Source of the DNA: [Scytonema hofmanni] UTEX 2349
GTDB taxonomy: Bacteria > Cyanobacteriota > Cyanobacteriia > Cyanobacteriales > Nostocaceae
DNA: 8,428 nucleotides
Reading direction: 5' to 3'
NCBI RefSeq assembly: GCF_000582685.1
Contig: NZ_KK073768.1
Location: 3,928,917-3,937,344, forward strand
Part shown: piece after piece, positions 1 through 5,368 of the stretch
Layout of the letters: the number at the start of each line of letters is the position of its first letter
Numbering within the stretch: the first letter of the stretch is position 1
Notes under the pieces: generated by a model
What the model was told of the DNA's origin: nothing
Seen by the model: the letters and a program-made list of their open reading frames with translations, nothing else
Database searches by the model: none
Position numbers and translations under genes: made by a program

Positions 1-625
1 CGACCAAGCCGAACCCCTGTATCTCCAAGCTTTAGACCTCTTGAAACGCCTGCTGGGAGACAATCATCCCCATGTCGCCACCAGCCTCAACAATTTAGCA
101 TATCTCTACAATTGCCAAGGAAAGTACGACCAAGCCGAACCCCTTTATCTCCAAGCTTTAGAACTCAGACAAAGCCTGCTGGGAGACAATCATCCCGATG
201 TCGCCACCAGCCTCAATAACTTGGCATTACTCTACTATTCCCAAGGAAAGTACGACCAAGCCGAACCCCTGTATCTCCAAGCTTTAGAACTCAGACAAAG
301 CCTGCTGGGAGACAATCATCCCGATGTCGCCACCAGCCTCAACAACTTGGCTGCACTCTACTATTCCCAAGGAAAGTACGACCAAGCCGAACCCCTGTAT
401 CTCCAAGCTTTAGAACTCAGACAATACCTGCTGGGAGACAATCATCCCCATGTCGCCCAAAGCCTCAACAACTTGGCTAAACTCTACTATTCCCAAGGAA
501 AGTACGACCAAGCCGAACCCCTGTATCTCCAAGCTTTGAATATTTTCGAGCAAAGTTTAGGAGGGAATCATCCTAATACTGTGAGAGTGCGTGAGAATTT
601 AGCAAATTTGCGCGATCATCTCTAA
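1..625 (+). repeat. Tandem 126-bp coding repeat, four near-identical units plus a degenerate capping unit
   Basis: CGACCAAGCCGAACCCCT recurs at 1, 127, 253, 379 and 505 (period exactly 126 bp = 42 codons). Units 2-4 differ at only a handful of nucleotides. Unit 5 (505-622) diverges after about 35 nt. Confidence 0.95.
2..625 (+). CDS. TPR-repeat protein, C-terminal part (5' end lies outside the window); 42-aa kinesin-light-chain-type TPR units
   Basis: The reading frame is open from base 2 (DQAEPLYLQALDL...), so the TTG at 41 in the ORF track is not the true start. Stop TAA at 623-625. Five consecutive 42-aa units of the form LGDNHPxVATSLNNLAxLYxSQGKYDQAEPLYLQALEL, typical of TPR_10/TPR_12-like repeats. 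Confidence 0.9.
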   Translation, partial: DQAEPLYLQALDLLKRLLGDNHPHVATSLNNLAYLYNCQGKYDQAEPLYLQALELRQSLLGDNHPDVATSLNNLALLYYSQGKYDQAEPLYLQALELRQSLLGDNHPDVATSLNNLAALYYSQGKYDQAEPLYLQALELRQYLLGDNHPHVAQSLNNLAKLYYSQGKYDQAEPLYLQALNIFEQSLGGNHPNTVRVRENLANLRDHL

Positions 626-679
626 TAAGAACAAGAAAATTTACCTTCCCAACCTCATCACTCTAGCTTTTATCTCCAA

Positions 680-784
680 GTTTCCTGTTTTGAACTCAAC
701 GTTTCATGTTCAGAACCCGAACTTTCGTGTTGCAAACGAGAATGTTCCTGTTTCCAACTAAAGTATTCTTGTTTCCAGTGGATG
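680..784. repeat. Five contiguous degenerate 21-22-bp direct repeats, core TTYCNTGTT-N3-AAC
   Basis: Units are GTTTCCTGTTTTGAACTCAAC (680), GTTTCATGTTCAGAACCCGAAC (701), TTTCGTGTTGCAAACGAGAAT (723), GTTCCTGTTTCCAACTAAAGTA (744) and TTCTTGTTTCCAGTGGATG (766). They lie in non-coding DNA between the TPR stop and the orphan EF-G fragment. Confidence 0.8.
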
Positions 785-905
785 TAAAAAAAGACTGAAA
801 ACTAGACAGAGTAAACTTTATACACCAAAAGTGAAATAATCACTCAATCAGAATTGAGCGATCGCACCCGTAGAAATTGATCTCAAACTAATCTAAAATC
901 CAAAA

Positions 906-1024
906 TTACTTGCCGTTACCGTTGCCATTAATAGTAACAATGCGATCGCTGAGTTTTTCCGGCACCTCTTGCAAATGGTCGTATTGCCAGTGGAAGGAAC
1001 CGACGCCTAAAGTAAGCGATCGCA
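906..1024 (-). pseudogene. Orphan 3'-terminal fragment (last 38 codons plus stop) of the EF-G-like gene; direct-repeat copy A
   Basis: Positions 901-1024 align without gaps to 2033-2156 (offset 1132) with 4 mismatches (942, 951, 966, 978). Read on the minus strand it encodes RSLTLGVGSFHWQYDHLQEVPEKLSDRIVTINGNGNGK*, identical to the C-terminus of the 677-aa protein. An in-frame TAA lies shortly upstream and there is no plausible start, so it is not an independent gene. Confidence 0.9.
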
Positions 1025-1109
1025 CTATTACTAAATAATGTAAGGCTTATAAAATAAGCTTTTCATCTTTATTGAAATTTTTCCTACTCTGCAATCGCTC
1101 TCCCGATTT

Positions 1110-1433
1110 TCAAGCTATAGAAACAGGCTGCGAATCCGGTAGAAAAGCCAGCACAATATCACGCTCAAGAATACCTTTATTAATTAAGTCCTGAGTAATT
1201 CCACATTCCATACCATCGTATTCAATTATTACTTTCCCATTCTCGATAATTACATAGATCAGGTTGCCACGCACCCGCTTTCCTCTATCCCAACCAACCT
1301 GCATCAGAGCATAGCGATCGCGCATCTCGTCAAATATGGCATCTAAGCGAATATTACCGTGAGATGGGCGTAGTTTGGCATAATCACTAATTACCTGTTT
1401 GACGATTTCTCTGCTTGTCGTGATGGTATCCAT
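1110..1433 (-). CDS. xisI: XisI-family protein (fdxN-element excision-controlling factor family), 107 aa
   Basis: The internal ATG at 1433-1431 starts MDTITTSREIVKQVISDYAKLRPSHGNIRLDAIFDEMRDRYALMQVGWDRGKRVRGNLIYVIIENGKVIIEYDGMECGITQDLINKGILERDIVLAF... This matches the XisI pattern recalled from memory (IFD..RD.Y.L..VGW......G....I.NGK..I..DG.E.GI...L...GI....IVLAF). In the ORF track it forms the C-terminal part of the 265-aa ORF 1110..1907. Confidence 0.85.
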   Translation of the reverse strand: MDTITTSREIVKQVISDYAKLRPSHGNIRLDAIFDEMRDRYALMQVGWDRGKRVRGNLIYVIIENGKVIIEYDGMECGITQDLINKGILERDIVLAFLPDSQPVSIA

Positions 1434-1862
1434 TGGCTTACTTCCTTTTTCTCTAAATCTACAATAATCAGCTTTAAAGGTAGTTGAGCGATGGCGTAAC
1501 CGCCTGCCGTAGGCAATCGCTAGTTTTCCAATTGGTTCAGTAAATATGTCGCTGTAGGTTGCTTCAGAAACAGCAAGATAAAGGTCACGTTCTGGATCGA
1601 CTTGATTAAGTAACAGGCGATATAGCGTATATTGACCAATAGCTTGCTCTAAGTCAGCTACTTGAGATTGTCCACGAAATTGTTTAATTTCAATGGCAAT
1701 GTGTTTATTTCCCTGCCGAACTCCAATAAAGCCACTTGCACCAAGATCCACAAATAAAAAACGCTCACCATAGGAAATAACATAGGGATCGTCCGTAATT
1801 TCCCAACCGTCTTTGATAATTGCCTCTTTAACAGTTTCGTGAATGGAGTCTCTGGCTGGCAC
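1391..1862 (-). pseudogene. xisH: XisH-family gene (restriction-endonuclease-like fold family) carrying a +1 frame disruption near 1491-1519
   Basis: The canonical N-terminus (M/V)PARDSIHETVKEAIIKDGWEITDDP begins at GTG 1862-1860, preceded by GAGGAG. The TTG at 1907 used by the track adds 15 atypical residues. XisH-like sequence runs in the track frame to ...TEPIGKLAIAY. The conserved XisH C-terminus LPLKLIIVDLEKKEVSQWIP is encoded in the +1 frame (open 1519..1394, TAA at 1393-1391). Confidence 0.75.
1487..1521 (-). repeat. 35-nt imperfect palindrome inside xisH at the frame-disruption site
   Basis: The minus-strand sequence is AGCGATTGCCTACGGCAGGCGGTTACGCCATCGCT. Arms AGCGATTGCCTA and TACGCCATCGCT are complementary at 10 of 12 positions around an 11-nt centre. 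Confidence 0.7.
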
Positions 1863-1981
1863 TTTATTATAATTCTCCTCGGAATGCACGATTTTGAAGG
1901 GAGGCAAAGTTACTCATTGGATTACTCTATACCTCCCATCAGTCTTTCAAGTGACTGCCGCACCGGACTTTCAACTATTAA

Positions 1982-2002
1982 CCCGGAACTTAATGTTCCG
2001 GG
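1982..2002 (-). terminator. Putative intrinsic terminator hairpin downstream of the EF-G-like gene
   Basis: Perfect 8-bp inverted repeat CCCGGAAC (1982-1989) / GTTCCGGG (1995-2002) with a 5-nt loop, about 35 nt past the stop codon. On the minus strand it is followed by TTAATAGTT, which is only moderately T-rich. Confidence 0.5.
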
Positions 2003-2016
2003 CTAATGTTGATTCT

Positions 2017-2156
2017 AGACTAATCGCAAATTCAAAATTACTTGCCGTTACCGTTGCCATTAATAGTAACAATACGATCGCTAAGTTTTTCCGGCACTTC
2101 TTGCAAATGATCGTATTGCCAGTGGAAGGAACCGACGCCTAAAGTAAGCGATCGCA
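2017..2156 (-). repeat. Direct-repeat copy B: the in-use 3' end of the EF-G-like gene plus about 20 nt of 3' flank
   Basis: Partner of 885-1024. Positions 2033-2156 are 120/124 identical to 901-1024. In the flank just past the stop, 2013-2032 matches 881-900 at only 13/20. Confidence 0.9.
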
Positions 2157-4071
2157 ACTCTACTATAAAGTCGTGCATTTCGGCTTGGGGCAAATAAGCT
2201 GAGATATTATCCCATCCTTGCCAATCGTTTCTTCCTTCATAGCCCAAAATTTGACCTCGTTTGCCACTTAAAAGTTGCAGGGCTTTTGAGGTAAATTCAC
2301 TGGGGGTTGTCACTTCCACATGTAGAATTGGTTCTAGCAAAATGGGTTCTCCTTTAGGTATTCCCGTTTGCATTGCTAATCGAGCAGCTTGCTTAAATGC
2401 TTGTTCGGAACTATCAACGTTATGATAAGAACCATTCGTTAAAGTTACCGCTACATCTACCACGGGGAAACCCAAGGGACCGTGTGCTAAAAACTCACGT
2501 ACACCCATTTCTACCCCAGGAATGTATTGTTTGGGAACGACACCACCGACAATGCGATCGCTAAAATTAAAGCCTTCACCGCGTCCTAAAGGTTTAATAT
2601 CGAGAAAAACATCGCCAAATTGTCCATGTCCACCGCTTTGGTGTTTGTAGCGTCCGTGAATCGATTCTACAGGTTTGCGAATAGTTTCTTTATAAGGAAC
2701 TTGCGGCAGGTGAGTTGTCATTGGTAAATTATATTTGCGGTGCAATCTGTCTAAAGCGACTTGCAAATGTATTTCACCTTGTCCCCAAAGAATAACTTCG
2801 TGAGTATCACCGTGTTGTTCCCAAGCAAGAGATGGATCTTCTTCTAATAGTTTGGCGATCGCACCACTAAGTTTAACTTCATCGTTGCGCTTTTCGGGAG
2901 TAATTGCCAGAGCATAAACTGGTTCTAATTGTTCAGCTTTTGGTAATTCCTTTGATTGTTGACAAGAAAGTGTATCCCCAGTTTTGACATTTTCTAAACG
3001 GCTTAAAGCGACGATTTCCCCAGCATCAGCTTCTTGAAGTGATTTCTGTTGTTGTCCCATGAGGCGATAAATTCCCCCAGCACGAACGCCGTTGAGGAGA
3101 ATACCATCAGTTAGTTTACCACGCCAAACACGCACTAGAGAAAGTTTCCCACCTTGAGGAGTATAGTAGGTTTTTATGACTTGCGCTATGGGAGTATTGC
3201 CTTTGCGGTCTTTTAAACGGCGTTCTGCGGTGGTTTCTGGTTCCGGTGCTTCGCGTAATAAAGCTTCTAATAAAGGTCGCACACCATAATCAAGTTCGGC
3301 AATACCAAAGAAAACAGGTACTACTAAATCTGCGCTTAATTCCAGTTTTAAATCTTTGAGAATTTCTTCTTGGGGTGGTTCGATGTCTTCTAAAAGTTCT
3401 TCGAGTAAATGATCGTCAAAATTTGCTAAAGCTTCAAGCATTTCTGCTCGTGCGATGTGTTCTTCTTCTTTAAGAGATTCGGGAAACGGGATGGGATCGG
3501 CAGGTGCCCCAGGATGATATTGATAAGCTTGTTCGGTGACTAAATCGATAAAGCCGGTTAGCTGTTCCCCATTCATGATGGGATATTGGTGTGCTACCAA
3601 AGGACGACTAGAAACAGTTTTGAGAGCGTGTAAAGTTTCTAGAACATGGATATTTGCCCGATCCATTTTGTTCACAAAGACGAGATGGGGAATTTCCCAA
3701 TCGTCAAGGAATTTAAATAAAGGTGCTAGGGTAAGGACGCGATCGCGTATCGGTTCGCAAACTACAATTGCTGCATCGACTCCTATTAAAGCATTGTAGG
3801 TTTCCTGGGCAAATTCCACCGAACCGGGACAATCAATAAAGGTAAAGCGAATATCGTTGTATTGAGTGCTTGCTGTGCTTACTTCAACACTCATATGGCG
3901 ATCGCGCTCTACTGCCGCACTATCTCCTATTGTATTCCCATCTTTGACATTGCCTTTGCGGGAAATTGCTCCTGTGACAAATAACAAACTTTCTAGTAAT
4001 GTGGTCTTCCCGCTTAAATAAGGACCGACAATTGCAACGTTTCGCGAACCCGATTTTACTTTTTCGTTCAT
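2038..4071 (-). CDS. EF-G-family translational GTPase paralog (elongation factor G-like, divergent G motifs), 677 aa
   Basis: ATG at 4071 is preceded by AAGGAGGTTTT. P-loop GPYLSGKTT, G3 DCPGSVEF, G4 NKMD, and domain-IV hallmark GSYHNVDSSEQAFKQAARLA. Five-domain EF-G length. The G1 and G3 motifs deviate from the canonical AHxDxGKTT and DTPGHxDF. Confidence 0.9.
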   Translation of the reverse strand: MNEKVKSGSRNVAIVGPYLSGKTTLLESLLFVTGAISRKGNVKDGNTIGDSAAVERDRHMSVEVSTASTQYNDIRFTFIDCPGSVEFAQETYNALIGVDAAIVVCEPIRDRVLTLAPLFKFLDDWEIPHLVFVNKMDRANIHVLETLHALKTVSSRPLVAHQYPIMNGEQLTGFIDLVTEQAYQYHPGAPADPIPFPESLKEEEHIARAEMLEALANFDDHLLEELLEDIEPPQEEILKDLKLELSADLVVPVFFGIAELDYGVRPLLEALLREAPEPETTAERRLKDRKGNTPIAQVIKTYYTPQGGKLSLVRVWRGKLTDGILLNGVRAGGIYRLMGQQQKSLQEADAGEIVALSRLENVKTGDTLSCQQSKELPKAEQLEPVYALAITPEKRNDEVKLSGAIAKLLEEDPSLAWEQHGDTHEVILWGQGEIHLQVALDRLHRKYNLPMTTHLPQVPYKETIRKPVESIHGRYKHQSGGHGQFGDVFLDIKPLGRGEGFNFSDRIVGGVVPKQYIPGVEMGVREFLAHGPLGFPVVDVAVTLTNGSYHNVDSSEQAFKQAARLAMQTGIPKGEPILLEPILHVEVTTPSEFTSKALQLLSGKRGQILGYEGRNDWQGWDNISAYLPQAEMHDFIVELRSLTLGVGSFHWQYDHLQEVPEKLSDRIVTINGNGNGK

Positions 4072-4346
4072 AAAACCTCCTTTGCGGTGAGCTTACAGCC
4101 GCATATGCAGATTTATTTGGGAATAAAAATCTTGATGCACGATTGTTATCCCCTCTTTAATTTGTCATTATCCTTCTTTTAACCTAGTTAACAAAAAATC
4201 GTAGCTTGTTGTAAGATTTACCTGAAGAAAATTTAAGTTGTACAAACTTTGATACAAATTTCCAAAGTTTTGTAAAAACATTTCTTTTCAAACAAAGCTT
4301 TTAGTGAAGTAAACGTCACTAAAGATGTCGCAAGGAGTAAAAGTCA
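4072..4346. promoter_or_regulatory. AT-rich divergent intergenic region between the EF-G-like gene and the TPR gene, containing two inverted repeats
   Basis: Inverted repeat ACAAACTTTG (4242-4251) / CAAAGTTTTGT (4263-4273). Perfect 8-bp inverted repeat TTTAGTGA (4300-4307) / TCACTAAA (4316-4323) just upstream of the AAGGAG ribosome-binding site of the 4347 gene. No promoter boxes could be assigned with confidence. Confidence 0.35.
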
Positions 4347-5330
4347 ATGAGATTATCATTCTATAAATATCGCATAGGAAGGCTGATAAGTTTGATTTTG
4401 TTGGGTAGCGGGATTATCTTACCGTCTTCCTCTGCTTCTGCACAGACGCGATTAATCGGATCTCCCGCACAGACGCGATTAATCGCGTCTCTACAATTTT
4501 ATCCTCCTGTAAAGCTGGCACAATATAATAGTAATCAAACTGCTACAGATTGGTTAAATCAAGGCTTGCAAGCGATAAATGTGGGTAGAGTAGAAGATGC
4601 GATCGCTTCTTTTAACCAAGCAATTAAGCTGGATCCGAATTTGGCACCAGCACATTATAATTTAGGGTTAGCCCTGCGACAAGTCGGACAATTACAACCT
4701 GCGGCAGATGCATTTTATCGCGCAACTCTAGCCGATCCTAAATTTGCACCGGCTTTTGCTAATTTGGGGGGAGCGTTGTTGGAAGGTAATAATTTACAAC
4801 AGGCAAATGATTATTTGCAACGAGCTTTGCAACTTGATTCCAAGCTAGGTTTTGCTCATTATAATTTTGGTTTGCTGCGAGAGCAACAACGGGATTGGGA
4901 TAAAGCGATCGCATCTTTTAAAAAAGCAATGGAATATAGTAAAAATGCACCAGAACCAGCTTATCATCTGGGAATATGTTATCTGCAACAAAACAAACTT
5001 GATCAAGCTAAAGATGCATTTCGTAAAGCAGTTAAAATTAATCCTAAATATTCAGAAGCTCATTATACTTTGGGAACGATTTGGTATAACCAAAATAAAT
5101 TAAAAGAAGCTTTAGAAGCATTTAGAAAATCCGCTGAGGCAAACACAAATTATCCCAACGCTTATTACGGTGCGGGGTTAGTTTTTATGCAATTAAGACA
5201 ATATCCGCAAGCCGCAGAGGTATTACAATATGCCAGAGATTTATATAATTCTCAAAATAATACTTTGTGGGCAAGAAATGCCGAACAATTGTTACAACAA
5301 GTACAGAATTTAAATTATCAACCCCGTTGA
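4347..5330 (+). CDS. Secreted or periplasmic TPR-repeat protein, 327 aa
   Basis: AAGGAG lies 9 nt upstream of the ATG. N-terminal signal peptide (RLISLILLGSGIILPSSSASA|Q). About seven 34-aa TPR units (for example AIASFNQAIKLDPNLAPAHYNLGLAL and AKDAFRKAVKINPKYSEAHYTLGTIW). Confidence 0.9.
   Translation: MRLSFYKYRIGRLISLILLGSGIILPSSSASAQTRLIGSPAQTRLIASLQFYPPVKLAQYNSNQTATDWLNQGLQAINVGRVEDAIASFNQAIKLDPNLAPAHYNLGLALRQVGQLQPAADAFYRATLADPKFAPAFANLGGALLEGNNLQQANDYLQRALQLDSKLGFAHYNFGLLREQQRDWDKAIASFKKAMEYSKNAPEPAYHLGICYLQQNKLDQAKDAFRKAVKINPKYSEAHYTLGTIWYNQNKLKEALEAFRKSAEANTNYPNAYYGAGLVFMQLRQYPQAAEVLQYARDLYNSQNNTLWARNAEQLLQQVQNLNYQPR
4440..4493 (+). repeat. In-frame 27-nt tandem duplication containing a perfect 20-bp palindrome (small dispersed palindromic repeat type)
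   Basis: GCACAGACGCGATTAATCG occurs at 4440-4458 and 4467-4485 (period 27 nt), encoding AQTRLIGSP and AQTRLIASL. AGACGCGATTAATCGCGTCT (4471-4490) is its own reverse complement. The right arm CGTCTCTACAA (4486-4496) is identical to 6142-6152. Confidence 0.85.
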
Positions 5331-5368
5331 GGTGCGATTGCTTCACATTGGGTAACAATAGAATTATC

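Larger units (their letters stand above)
1025..2016 (-). mobile_element. Putative ~1-kb xisH-xisI insertion cassette lying between the two copies of the EF-G-like gene 3' end
   Basis: The segment is bounded by direct repeats 885/901-1024 and 2017/2033-2156. It contains only xisH and xisI plus short flanks. No integrase or transposase ORF and no terminal inverted repeats were seen. Confidence 0.5.

Noticed and set aside
41-625. TTG at 41 as the start of the first ORF
   Set aside because: The frame is open back to base 2 and the preceding residues (DQAEPLYLQALDL) continue the TPR repeat. The gene starts upstream of the window.
668-680. TTTATCTCCAAG after the TPR stop as a decayed extra TPR unit
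   Set aside because: Only about 12 nt match the repeat unit, which is too short to distinguish from chance.
680-784. Possible CRISPR array
   Set aside because: The repeats are contiguous with no spacers, only 21-22 bp long and degenerate. No cas genes lie nearby.
1042-1062. Hairpin AAGGCTTAT-AAA-ATAAGCTTT as the xisI terminator
   Set aside because: It is AT-rich and short, has a C-A mismatch on the relevant (minus) strand, and lacks a convincing U-tract.
1487-1521. Programmed +1 ribosomal frameshift in xisH (GGC AGG CGG context)
   Set aside because: No recognisable slippery or hungry-codon signal can be argued from the sequence alone. The break coincides with a palindromic insertion-like element, so mutation or insertion is the simpler explanation. 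It remains a minor alternative.
1110-1907. The 265-aa ORF as a genuine single-domain gene starting at TTG 1907
   Set aside because: It is a composite of XisH-like sequence, an out-of-frame linker and a complete XisI. The canonical XisH N-terminus begins at GTG 1862, and the conserved XisH C-terminus is in another frame.
1894-2142. 82-aa ORF on the plus strand
   Set aside because: It runs antisense to the 3' end of the EF-G-like gene and across the terminator hairpin. It has no ribosome-binding site and shadow-ORF composition.
3536-3799. 87-aa ORF on the plus strand
   Set aside because: It lies entirely antisense within the well-supported EF-G-like CDS. It is Arg/Ser/Thr-rich, as shadow ORFs typically are.
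4239-4257. NtcA-type site (GTA...TAC) in the divergent promoter
   Set aside because: The spacing is GTA-N10-TAC, not the GTA-N8-TAC consensus.
4852-5103. 83-aa plus-strand ORF (alternative frame), together with the 61-aa minus-strand ORF at 5185-5370
   Set aside because: Both overlap the TPR CDS, whose frame shows clear 34-aa repeat periodicity. Both are Ile/Lys/Asn-rich products of AT-rich off-frame reading.
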